Source: Mobula hypostoma
Lineage: Eukaryota
Length of the DNA stretch: 64,000 bases
NCBI RefSeq assembly: GCF_963921235.1
Contig: NC_086108.1
Location: 85,810,001 to 85,874,000, forward strand
Direction of reading: 5' to 3'
Position 1 is the stretch's first letter. The number at the start of each line of letters is the position of its first letter. Position numbers and translations under genes: made by a program. Below are positions 36,726 through 48,660 of the stretch, piece after piece. The notes beneath the pieces were generated by a model. That model saw only the letters and a program-made list of their open reading frames with translations. It had not been told where the DNA came from and made no database searches.

Positions 36726-37444
36726 CCATTGACGTCTAAAACATTAAATAATGCATCACTTTTGATGCATCAGAGCAGACTCAAGAAGGAGATTTATAAA
36801 TGCTGGAAAGCTATTTCATGAATTTCCACTTGAAACCCATTGCAGCTAAGTTAAATTGTTACTGCATTTTTATGTGCACTCCAAAATACAGTGAATACAG
36901 GCTTTCATGATCTGGCTAGAATTAGATGTCAGGTTTAGTTATGGATAAGATAGTTACAGAAGCAGAAGATAAGAGCATTCTAGTGCAAATTCTCGGTAAA
37001 CAATAAAAATTGAATCATTCAAAGGTTTAAATTTCTTGCTCATAACATAATTCTTTATGTAACCCAATAATCTGGAAAAAATTTGGAGAAAGTAATGTTT
37101 CTGTGCTTCATGACATAATGGTGTGGGTGAAATAATATATCTAACCAACTAAATAAATCGGTTGAGATCAATCTGACACTGAATCCAAGATACAGAGGGA
37201 AAGGACAACACACAAAAACCCTCTGAGAAATACCACCAATCACTGAAATTCTAGATGTTGATTCACTTAATGAGTGGAGGTATGAAACTACAGATCTGTA
37301 ATGTTTCAGTAACATTAAATCATTATCAGCATCTGATGATCTGTCAAAGATATCATTTCCTGACTAGCCAACAGATTAAAAAGCCTTCCATTGGGTTTGA
37401 GTCCTCCACTTCGTGAGCAAAAGGTCTTCCAGTTTGATTGTTTT

Positions 37445-38090
37445 TCAAAGTTCAAAGTAAAGTTATTATCAAAGTACAGATACAACCCTGAGATTCATTT
37501 TCTTATAGGTGGTGTCAGTAAATACAAAAAAAATCTACTATAAAATTAATTAAAAACCACACACAACAAAGACAGACAGACAACCAATGTGCAAAAGATG
37601 ACAAACAGTGCAAATACAAAAACAAGATAAAATAACATAATGACAGTAAATAAGTAAGCAATAAATACTGAGAAGACGATGAATTCTGCAGATGCTGGAA
37701 ATTCAAGCAACACACATCAAAGTTGCTGGTGAACGCAGCAGGCCAGGCAGCATCTCTAGGAAGGGGTATGGTCGACATTCCAGGCCGAGACCCTTCGTCA
37801 GGACGTACGAAGGGTCTCGGCCCGAAACATCGACTGCACCTCTTCCTAGAGATGCTGCCTGGCCTGCTGCGTTTACCAGCAACTTTGATGTGTGTTGCTT
37901 CAATAAATACTGAGAACAAGATTTGAAGAGTCTTTGAAAGTGGGTGCATAGGTTATGATTTCTGTACTGGGGTGAATGAAGTTGAGTGAAGTTATCTCTT
38001 CTGATTCAAGAGCCTGATGCTTGAGGGGAGCCTGGTGGTGTGGTGTACCAGCTTCCTGATGGCAGCAGTGAGAATTGAGCATGGCCTGGA
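37445..38090 (-). mobile_element. Rex1 3' end carrying a PLE palindrome
   Basis: 'ttcaaagttcaaagtaaagttattatcaaagtac' tail; 'ttcctgatggcagcagtgagaa..gcatggcctgg'. Confidence 0.8.
37675..37900. mobile_element. 226-bp palindromic PLE terminal-repeat insertion with 16-bp flanking duplication
   Basis: Arms 37705-37798 and 37807-37900 (94 bp, about 85 matches, 8-nt loop). Duplication caataaatactgagaa at 37659-37674 and 37901-37916. Confidence 0.92.
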
Positions 38091-39116
38091 TTAATTCAAC
38101 AACAGCTTATTCTAATTATTAATATCTGTATTATGTATATACTCATTAATTGAATGTTTGTGCTAGTTCAGGATGTGACACAGCCTCTAAAAAGATGGCC
38201 AAAGGGAAGACTGAAATCCTCCTCAAGTATCAGGTGTAATGAGAGGACATACATTACCATTTTACTGAGATAGTGTGGCAATGTCATCATTGAAACACTG
38301 GGCAGCATTAACCACTGTGATATTCTTCTTGTAGTGTGCATGTAATATATTCCAGTCTCATTACAGTTTGAGCTGAACTGTGCTTGGATTTTCAATGATC
38401 ATGGTCAATGTCGCTGAAAATATTAAGTTAAACACAAATTGAAATTCTGCTGACCACACAGGCAGCATTTTAATTACCAGTTAAATTGTTTGCCTTTTGT
38501 GGCAGTCACACAAGAATATTTGACTTCTGTGTATGCATTAGGGTGCACTAAATTAAATGCACAACTGAGTGGCCAATCCAAAACCAGCTGGAAGACTACA
38601 ACTTATCCAGGCAAGTTTCTACATAATTAGCTAAACATTCAATTAACCAGCATAGTAGTGACGTGGAGGTTGAGTTAACAATGGAACAAGCAATTGCAGT
38701 GAAAAGTGGAGGGGCAGTGCAGCAACTAAGACTATTATCTATGAAAATACGACTTGTTCCACCAAAAGGTATGTGTCCAGAAATCAGATTTCATAGTGTT
38801 CCTTTTCACTCCTATGCTACACAATCCAAAACCAATTTTAGTAACTATAAATCATGTGTGCAACCATTTACACAAGAAATCCTGCCAGTCATAAAATTGC
38901 ATGTTCATATCCAGCTCCAATTTACTTCATGAGAACTAATTTTTCCAAGTGCTTAGATTGGTGATTATGGCGAGCCCCATGTTTCTTGGCACTTGCTTCT
39001 TCCTAAGGGAGTTTGCATTTCCACTCGGTTTCGGTGGCCCACGCTTCTCTGAGCGAGGGATTTTGCAGTCTATGCTCGACTTTTATATCTCTTCACACCT
39101 GTTTTGCATTCTAATG

Positions 39117-41371
39117 AACACCACCATCAAGAATGCCTACTGTGCTATTCCACGCCCTCACTTTGGAAAGTCTGATCACCTGGCTGTACTTCTACTCCCT
39201 GAGTACAGGCAGAGACTGAAGACTGCAGCACCAGCAGTGAGGACCAAGAAGGTTTGGACAAGGGAAGCACAGGAGTGCCTGTAGGACTGCTTTGAATCGG
39301 TGGACTGGACGTATTCAGGGATTCATCTTTGAACTTGGATAAGTACGCTGCAGTTGTTACCGACTTCATTAAAACCTGTGTGGATGAGTGTGTGCCCACA
39401 AAGACTGACTGTACATTCCCAAACCAAAAGCTGTGGATGAACCAGGAGGTACATCGTCTGCTGAAGGCTAGATCTGTGGCAATCAAGTCTGGCAACCCAG
39501 GCCTGTACCAGAAAACCAGGTATGATTTGCGGAGGGCTACTTCAAGGACGAAGTGACAATTTTGAACGAGATTGGAGACAACATTGGATGCATGACAAAT
39601 CTGGCAGGGTTTGCAAGACATTACTTCCTACAAAGCGAAACCCAATAGCATGAACGGCAGCGATACTTCACTACCAGATGAACTCAATGTCTTTTATGCC
39701 CGCTTTGTAAGAGAGAACACAACTACAGTTGTGAAGATCCCTGCTGCACCTGATGACCCTGTGATCTCTGTCTCAGAGGCCGATGTTAGGCTGTTTTTAA
39801 AGACAGTATATCCTCACAAGGCGGAAGGTCCCGATGGAGTACCTGGTAAAGCTCTGAAAACCTATGCCAAGCAACTGCTGGGAGTATTCAAGGACATTTT
39901 CAACCTCTCACTGCTACGGGCAGAAGTTCCCATTTGCTTCAAAAAGGCAACAATTATACCAGTGCCGAAGCAGAATAGTGTGAGCTGCCTTAATGATTAT
40001 TGCCTGGTAGCACTCACATCGACAGTGATGAAATGCTTTGAGAGGTTGGTCATGACTAGACTGAACTCCTGCCTCAGCAAGGACCTGGACTCATTACAAT
40101 TTGCCTGTCGCCACAACAGATCAATCGCAGATGCAATCTCAATGGCTCTTCACACGGCTTTAGACCACCTAGACCACACAAATACCTATGTCAGGATGCT
40201 GTTCATTGACTATAGCTCAGCATTTAATACCATCATTCCCACAATCCTGATTGAGAAGTTGCAGAACCTGGGCCTCTGTACCTCCCCCTGCAATTGGATC
40301 CTCAACTTCCTAACTGGAAGATCACAATCTGTGCGTATTGGTGACAACATCTCCTCCTCACTGATGATCAGCACTGGGGCACCTCAGGGGTCTGTGCTTA
40401 GCCCACTGCTCTACTCTCCATATACCCATGACTGTGTGACTAGGCATAGCTCAAATACCATCTATAAATTTGCTGACGATACAACCATTGTTGGTAGAAT
40501 CCCAGATGGTGACAAGAGGGCATACAGGAGTGAGATATACCAACTAGTGGAATGGTGCTGCAGCAACTACTTGGCACTCAACATCAGTAAGACGAAAGAG
40601 CTGATTGTGGACTTCTGGAAGGGTAAGACAAAGGAACACATACTAATCCTCATAGAGGGATCAGAAGTGGAGAGAGTGAGCAGTTTCAAGTTCCTGGGTG
40701 TCAAGATCTCTGAGGATCTAACCTGGTCCCAACGTATCAACGTAGTCATAAAGAAGGCAAGACAGCCACTATACTTCATTAGGAGTCTGACGAGGTTTGG
40801 AATGTCAACAAGTACACTAAAAAACTTCGATAGATGTAGCGTGGAGAGCATTCCGACAGTCTGCATCACTGCCTGGTGTGGAGGGGCTACTGCACAGGAC
40901 TGAAGGAAACTGCAGAGGATTGTAAATTTAGTTGACTCCACCTTGGGTACTAGCCTATAAAGTACCCAGGGCATCTTCGAGGAGCAGTGTCTGAGAAAGG
41001 CAGCATCCATTATTAAGGACCTCCAGCACCCAGGGCATGCTCTTTTCTCGCTGTTGCCATCGGGTAGGAGGTACAGAAGCCTGAAGACACACACTCAGTG
41101 ATTCAGGAACAGCTTCTTCCCCACTGCCATCTGATTCCTAAATGAACATTGAACCTGTGAACACTACCTCACTTTTTTAATATAGAGTATTTCTGTTTTT
41201 TTGCACAATTTTTAATCTATTCAATATATATACACTGTAATTTATTTAATTAATTTATTATTATTTTATTTTGTGTTTTTTTTCTTCTATATTATGTTTT
41301 GCATTGTACTGCTGTTGCTGTTAACAAATTTCATGTCACATGCCGGTGATAATAAACCTGATTCTGATTCT
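39117..41371 (+). mobile_element. Rex1/Babar LINE, 5'-truncated within the endonuclease
   Basis: PHFGKSDHLAV, NQKLWMN, KAEGPDG, MKCFERLV, FIDYSSAFNTI, GAPQGSVLSPLLYS, KFADDTT, FKFLGV; tail cctgattctgattctg. Confidence 0.97.
39611..40903 (+). pseudogene. Rex1 reverse transcriptase ORF remnant (430 aa)
   Basis: Uninterrupted RT domain, bounded by nonsense codons on both sides. Confidence 0.9.
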
Positions 41372-41849
41372 GGTTTTGAATTAGTGGAGATACAGCACCG
41401 CTGTCAGATTAGCAGTTAAGAAGGCAACTGGAATGGCACTCTGTTGACTTTATCAGTATGGGGATGAAATACATTCCAGCCGATGCCCAGGAGTCTGGCT
41501 TCACTCTCGTCCAAAACTGTGTGGGTTATTAGTTAATAGGTCATTGTAAGTTGTTCTGGATGTGTGGGCAAGTGGCAAAATCCGTGGGAGTTGACAGGAA
41601 TGTGGACAGAGTAAAATGTTGGAATATTGCAGGATTGGTACAAATGTGAGTCAGTATAGACTGGATGAAGGGACTTATTTGGTGTTGTACGTCTGTATGA
41701 CTGCAAAGAAAAATAAGAGGACAACAATAGTTACCAGAAGGCCATGCCTGTCCAAAAACATGAAAAAAAACTAAAAAAAAAGAGAGACTATTCAGCCCAC
41801 TGTCAGAAAACCTAATCCTAACTAAAGACTGTGGGAAATAGAAAAGCAA

Positions 41850-42661
41850 GTGGCACGCTCGGATGCAGCTGCTTCTCTGGGTCCAGTCAAAGGTGTCATT
41901 GCTTACTCTTTACGTCTTTTACACAGTCGCAGGGCACAGCTGGATATTACAAGCATCAAGTACTGCAGACCTATCCTGTAAGTGGAGGATCTGGACTTGT
42001 TGTGCACCATGTTGCAGCCTGCTTCATCCACCCAGGGACGAAGGTGACAACGGTGGTGTGCAATCCATTGAACGGTGCAGGTGATTGTCTTGGATGTTTT
42101 TGTTGTGATCGCAAGACCCTCTTGGACATTGGTAATATAGAATACTGCAAGTCTGGTTCTCTGGCTCCAACAGCAGGGAAGCTGCGTGGCCTCAGTCACG
42201 GTGTGGACCAGACCCTTATTAATGCCTCAGGATCGCCTTTGGCGGTTGCCGAGGAAAAAGACGCTGGAGCTGGCTGTGTGCTGCTGGGTTCCACGCTGGC
42301 TCCTCCCATCAGCACTGCCAATCAGTGTTTGCTCAATGGAAGACAAGCTGGATTGCTTTCATCTGCAACTACACTGTGCGATATGTGGAACTGCCTCAGG
42401 CTATTCTTGCAAACGCGGCTCCAGGACAATATCCATGCACCATCAATCTACAGCCATGATGCTCAGGGACTTGGGCTATATTATTATTAGTTTTTTTGTA
42501 ACTGTATGCTTTTATGCTATCATAATTATATGCGCTCTATGTGCTGTGTATGATTGCTGGTTCTGTGTTTTGCACCTTGGTCCCAGAGAAACACTATTTC
42601 ATTTGACTATATTCATATGTATATGAATGACAATTCATATGACAATTAAACTTCAACTTGA
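41850..42661 (+). mobile_element. Internally deleted non-autonomous Rex1 derivative (5' region + endonuclease start + 3' tail)
   Basis: LPSALPISVCSMEDKLD and QTRLQDNI resemble the Rex1 APE start (LPSILLANVRSLENKLD...ETWL). Tail 'gcaccttggtcccagagaaacac..tgacaattaaacttcaacttg' is homologous to 32985-33091. Confidence 0.65.
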
Positions 42662-43459
42662 AAGGATGATGACAGTTGGCCCCATAATCCTGATCCACAT
42701 TCCACCATGTTCTATGTGGTGAGGGAATCTGCCTCTACCATTTTATCTACCATCATAGGTCATTATCTACCCATGAGGATCTCTGGACATATGCTCCAAG
42801 GTCTTTTTGTTCCTAAACACTTTTCAATATCCTCCCATTTACTGTATATTCCTTCCAATTAATACATTCTACCAAATGCATATCATCTCATACGCTTCTG
42901 GATTAAATTTCATTGGCCGCTACTAGGCAATCTGCATCTTCTTACAGTCACAGCTTTTGTTCTCCTCAGCAGCTACATAACTAGTTTCTATATCATTTAC
43001 AGATTCTTAACTGTTCTTAAATAATCCTTTGTGGAACAGATGAGTATATTTTATTGCCTAAAACTAATGGATATATTGCAATACATGAGATTTTAAATAA
43101 CTGTGATTACCCTGGCTTTTAGGAATCTTGTCATTTAGTATAAGTGTATTCATTGCTAGTTTAGACTCTTGGGCGTTCAGCATTCATTGAGCTATTTCCT
43201 CATAGCTCAGTCTAGGAGGAAGAGAAAATAGAACTGCATGGAAGAAATACAGAAGAGAAAGAGGATTCTTTGGAGAGATCCTTTCCTTCTGAACATCACT
43301 CATTATATAATTTTTACAGTTGCAGCTTGGATAAGTCCTGCTGTAAATGTAAGATAGGAATACAAAAAGAAAAAAAACACTTGATTGGAACATTTACCCC
43401 ACCTCTGCTTCATTTGCTTTCACATGAAACAGAGAATAGACAAATCTAATTGTCTTCAG

Positions 43460-43915
43460 AGCCACAAAGAACATTACAGCACAAAACAGGTGCTTTGGCC
43501 CACCATTTTTATGCTGACTATAATGTCAGTCTAACTAAGACCATTTGCCTTAACATAGTCCATATCCCTCCACTTCCTGTCTGTTCATGTGTCTGTCTAA
43601 ATGCCTTTTAAACATTGCTATCCTACCTGCTTCCACCAGTTTCCCTGGCAGTGCATTCCACTTGCTTGTCACATTTCCTTTAAACTTTCCTCTTCTCACT
43701 TCAAACCATTGCCCTTTAGTATTTGAAATTTCTACCCTGCGAAAAGAGACTCATACCCTTTCTATGCCTCTCATCATTTTATATGGTTGCCCCTCAGCCT
43801 CGAACACTCCAAAGAAAGCAATCCAAGTTTGTCCAACCTCTCTTTATAATTCAAACACTCCAATCTAGGCATCATACTGGTGAATCCCTTCTACGCCATC
43901 TACAAAGCCTCCACA
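43460..43915 (-). mobile_element. Old CR1 3' fragment
   Basis: 'gtctaaatgcctttta..ggcagtgcattcca..ggcatcatactggtgaatc', the reverse complement of RFTSMMP and WNALP. Confidence 0.75.
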
Positions 43916-44218
43916 AGTCTTTACATTTAAAAATTTGTGAGGCACAGGACAAAAATACAAAGCACATATCTGCTGAGTAATGGATCTGGTAAATCTCCAT
44001 CTGGGCATTAAGCCTTTCAGATATTGATGCTTCCTTAAATTAGTGTCTAAAGTTTTCTATTACTTGGACATAAGCATGAAGCTACTTTGACTATATTCTT
44101 CATCATGATTAATTGTTGGAAAATGGGAGTGAGCAATATTTTATCAATATAGTGTTCTGTAGCCACAGAAACAGGCCCTTTAGCCCATAAAGTCCATGCT
44201 GACAATCTAGCATTCATT

Positions 44219-45168
44219 TCACTTCCGCCACCTCCAACGGGATCCCACCACTAAGCATATCTTTCCCTCCCCGCCTCTCTCTGCATTCCGCAGGGATCGC
44301 TCCCTACACAACTCCCTTGTCCATTCGTCCCCCCCATCCCTCCCCACTGATCTCCCTGCTGGCACTTATCCGTGTAAGCGGAACAAGTGCTACACATGCC
44401 CTTACACTTCCTCCCTTACTACCATTCAGGGCCCCAAACAGTCCTTCCAGGTGAGGCATCACTTCACCTGTGAGTCGACTGGGGTGATATACTGCGTCCG
44501 GTGCTCCCGATGTGGCCTTTTATATATTGGTGAGACCCGACGCAGACTGGGAGACCGCTTTGCTGAACATCTACGCTTTGTCCGCCAGAGAAAGCAGGAT
44601 CTCCCAGTGGCCACACATTTTAATTCCACATCCCATTCCCATTCTGACATGTCTATCCACGGCCTCCTCTACTGTCAAGATGAAGCCACACTCAGGTTGG
44701 AGGAACAACACCTTATATTCCGTCTGGGTAGCCTCCAACCTGATGGCATGAACATTGACTTCTCTAACTTCCGCTAGGCCCCACCTCCCCCTCGTACCCC
44801 ATCTGTTACTCTTTTTAATGCACACATTCTTTCTCTCACTCTCCTTTTTCTCCCTCTGTCCCTCTGAATATACCTCTTGCCCATCCTCTGGGTCACCCCC
44901 CCCCCGTCTTTCTTCCCGGACCTCCTGTCCCATGATCCTCTCGTATCCCCTTCTGCCTATCACCTGTCCAGCTCTCGGCTCCATCCCTCCCCCTCCTGTC
45001 TTCTCCTATCATTTTGCATCTCCCCCTCCCCCTCCAGCTTTCAAATCCCTTACTCACTCTTCCTTCAGTTAGTCCTGACGAAGGGTCTCGGCCTGAAACG
45101 TCGACTGCGCCTCTTCCTATAGATGCTGCCTGGCCTGCTGCGTTCACCAGCAACTTTGATGTATGTTG
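44219..45168 (+). mobile_element. Young Neptune-type PLE, 5'-truncated, 12-bp flanking duplication
   Basis: Cys-rich linker GTYPCKRNKCYTCPY, then GIY-YIG VIYCVRCSRCGLLYIGETRRRLGDRFAEH...GMN. Duplication ctagcattcatt at 44207-44218 and 45169-45180. Confidence 0.95.
45071..45106 (+). ncRNA. Minimal type-I hammerhead ribozyme motif
   Basis: agtc-CTGACGA-a-gggt(ctcg)gcct-GAAAC-GTC-gact; predicted cleavage after 45102. Confidence 0.72.
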
Positions 45169-45470
45169 CTAGCATTCATTAATGCTAATCCTACACCAAA
45201 ATGATCCTGCTTTCTCCCTTTCCCTTTAACTCCTTCCATATTCTACCGGTTAACTACAAACCTGGAATGATCCCAGACATCTTTGGCATGAGGAGGACAC
45301 TGGAACACTTGGAAATAGCCCACATGATTATCAGCAGAGTATGCAAACTTCACATAGACAGTACTGGAGTACAAGATTGAAACTGGATTGCTGGAGGTGT
45401 GAATCAGCAACTGCAGTAATTTTGCATTTTCTCTCAGGTTCGAACCAAAAATAGACATTACTGTCAGTTA

Positions 45471-45706
45471 ACACACATCAAAGTTGCTGGTGAACACAGT
45501 AGGCCAGGCAGCATCTATAGGAAGAGGCGCAGCCGAGACCCTTCGTCAGGACTAACTGAAGGAAGAGTGAGTAAGGGATTTGAAAGCTGGAGGGGGAGGG
45601 GGAGATGCAAAATGATAGGAGAAGACAAGAGGGGGAGGGATGGAGCCGAGAGCTGGACAGGTGATAGGCAGAAGGGGATATGAGAGGATCATGGGACAGG
45701 AGGTCC
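45471..45706 (-). mobile_element. PLE terminal repeat, inverted relative to 44930-45168, hammerhead 3' half deleted
   Basis: Near-perfect reverse complement of 44925-45165 except for a ~12-nt gap at 'gcgcag^ccgagacc'. Confidence 0.9.
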
Positions 45707-45747
45707 CATCGCTACTGTCATTACTGTCAGTTGTCAGTCTCCGTATG

Positions 45748-46030
45748 ATTTTATTTATTTATGGAGATATAGCATGCGGTAGATCCTTCTGACCCTTTGA
45801 GCCACACCGCCCAGCAAACCCTGATTTAATTCTGTCCTAATTATGGGACAATTTGCAATGACCAATTATCCTGCCAACCAGCATGTCCTTAGACTACCGG
45901 AGGAAACTGGAGCACCCAAAGGAAAGCCATGTGGTCATGGGAAGAACGGACAAACTCCTTATAGGCAGCAGCAGGAATTGAACCCAGGTCACCTATATTG
46001 TAACGTGTTGTGGAAACCACTATGCTGCAC
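45748..46030 (-). mobile_element. V-SINE/HE1-like SINE
   Basis: 'ggaggaaactggagcaccc', 'ggaattgaacccagg', (ttta)n tail. Confidence 0.8.
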
Positions 46031-46637
46031 CAAAATTACATTAATTTTGCTTCACTTTAATGCAATAAGAATTCAAATAAAAACTTGTGATTCTCATGAT
46101 AAATTTTCAAGTTGATCATTTTGTTATGAGTGAGTAATGCTTTACAAACAAGATTTAGAAACTTACAATCTTTAATCGTTAATGCAGAGTCATCTTCTGT
46201 GATCATAACAGAATTTCTTATCAAAAATTAATATATGCCTACTAACACTTTAATCTTATGTATAGTGAGCACAGCCCTAAGTTGCATTCATAGGGTCTAT
46301 ATTCTGCACAAATATTTTGCAGGGAGCCCACAGATTCACTACCTGTATGTAACAGAATATCTGAATGCAGCCAGACTGCAGCTGAATATCCTCATAGTCC
46401 AACAGTACTACATGTGCTTTTTGTTTTATGGCCAGATCAAGGGGTCTGAAGGCCCAATGTGTTTAATCGGCACATTACTCCCACTAGCCAGCCTCAACCC
46501 GTCATCCCTACCCACCAGTTAGTACATGTCCAAAGAATACAGAGTTAAATGAGTACTGGCATTATAGAACTCTCCAAATAGCACCTGCTGAGGTCAAAGT
46601 TCACATGCACTTCCTTCCATAGTCCTACCTTCACATG

Positions 46638-46918
46638 CAGTGTCTATAAAAATTATTAACATCACCCCCCCCCCACCCCTGGAACGGGAATGAATACTTC
46701 TGCATTCAAATATTTTGTGTTTTATATTTGTAAATAAATTAGATTATTTTGTTGAGGTCTGTTTTCACTTTGACAAGAAAATGTCTTTTTCTGTTAATCA
46801 GTGTTAAAAAAGCCAAATTAAATCCACTGTGATTCAATGCTGAAAAACAATAAAACGTGAAAACTTCCTGCTGGGGGCGGGAGGGGGGCGGGGCTGTGAA
46901 TAATTTTTATAGGCACCG
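46638..46918. mobile_element. Tc1-type MITE
   Basis: TIRs cagtgtctataaaaattatt / aataatttttataggcaccg, followed by TA. Confidence 0.8.
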
Positions 46919-47194
46919 TACATGCACTCTAAAGTTTACTATGTTAGAGCACTTCTCCCCTGTTTTGAGAAAGCAACCAAAATAATCAAGGACTCCTTCC
47001 ACTCTACTCATTCTCTCTTCTCCCTCCTCCCACTGGGCAGCAAATACAAAAAGCTTGAGAACACAACTGCTACCACTGTTATACCACGCTTGAATGGACT
47101 TCTCATAAAAGACAAATTCTAGATCTCCCAATCTGCATCGTCATGGCCTTTGCACTTTTTTTGTCTCCCTGCAATACTCTTCTCTGTAACTTGA

Positions 47195-48000
47195 TCTTGA
47201 TCAGTTAGAAAAGTGGGCCAACGAGTGGCAAACAAATTTCAATACAGATAAGTGTAAGGTGACGTGTTTTGGAAAGTAAAATCCGTATAGGACTTATACT
47301 ATGAATGGAAGTGTTGGGGGACAAACTAAAAGTGCATAGTTCATTGAAAGTGATGTCAAAGAGTTAAACATGCATATTTCATTGAAAGAGCTTAACGTGC
47401 TGGCCTTCATCAGTCAGGGCATTGAGAACAGGAGATGGAACATTATGCTGCAGCTGGAAAGGTCATTGCTGAGGCCACACTTGGAGTACTCTGTACAATA
47501 TTGTCACCTCATTATGGGAAACCTGTGGTTAAACTGGAAAGAGTGTGAAAACAGATTTATGAGAATGTTGCCAGGACCTGAGGCTCTGAATTATGGAGAG
47601 AGGTAGGCCAGGTTGGTCTTTACTCCTTGGAATGCAGGATAATGTGGGACAACCTTGCAGCATTGATTAAAATGATCAGAGGTATAGATAAAGTTGATGG
47701 CGATAGTCTGTTCCCTAGAGTAGGAGAGTTCAAAACTAGGGGACACAGATTTAGGGTGAGAGAGAAAAGATTTCAAAGAGACCTGAGGGCAGAGAATGGT
47801 GAGTATATGGAATGAGCTACTGGAGAAAGTGGCTGAGACGAGTAACACAGAATCATTCAAAAAGCATTTAGATAGGTATGTGGAGGGGTGGGGCTTAGGG
47901 TTATATGGGAAAAACACAGGAAAATGGGTCTAGCTGGGTGGGCACCATGGTCTCTGCATTATTGTTGGGCCAAAGGGCCTATATCCCTTCTCTACGACTT
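47195..48000 (+). mobile_element. CR1 3' fragment
   Basis: LAFISQGIE...LRPHLEYSVQ, RFMRMLPG, KTRGHRFRV. Confidence 0.85.
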
Positions 48001-48660
48001 TAACTGCAGCACTATTTATCACTGTTGCCACCTATCCTTATCGAATGAAACTTCGTCAAACTCATTCTTGGAAATTTCAATTGTCCCTCCAGCTATAGTT
48101 CAGATATACCCAACTTTGTATCCTTTCTCTTGAATGGCCCAAATTTTAAGATACTGCTCTCATTTCATTTATGGAACAGCTGGAAATAGCTTCTCCATGG
48201 CTGCCTAGTTCAAATACCTCATGTTAATGTACCCTAAACTGACAAGCTATCTGCAAGCTATCTTCCACTTTAAAGCTGGGTATCATTCTGATTAAGACGA
48301 ACAAAAAAATGATCTTCTGCCTTCCATGAATTTCCCACGTACTGACAGCTCCTTGGCTGATTATGCTTGAACTCCTTTACCTCTGGGCACTAGCTGGTAA
48401 CCCTATCGTGAATCTCTTCTGCTTCACATCATCAAAAAAACTTATGCTTTGTTTTAGTAAAGCAACACCATTTAAAGACCCTATCCAAGCTGCAAATGAA
48501 AATTCAGATTCCCAATGGTTGCTGGGCTAATTTTATTACATTTTTATTTTATTTAGAGATACAACATGCTAACAGGCCCTTCCAGCCCAATGAGCCCACA
48601 CTGCCCAATTGAACACATCTATGTGTTCAATTAACCTATTAATCCATACATTGTGTTATT

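Noticed and set aside
37675..37900. Palindrome as a DNA-transposon MITE or miRNA gene
   Set aside because: The arms are PLE terminal repeats and the 16-bp duplication does not fit a DDE superfamily; there is no evidence for a miRNA.
38181..38235. Possible micro-exon (ttcag|gatgtg...atcag|gtgtaa)
   Set aside because: Weak pyrimidine tract and donor, and no recognisable peptide.
41831..42490. 219-aa ORF as a host gene
   Set aside because: It lies within the Rex1-derived non-autonomous element; the LINE motifs switch between frames.
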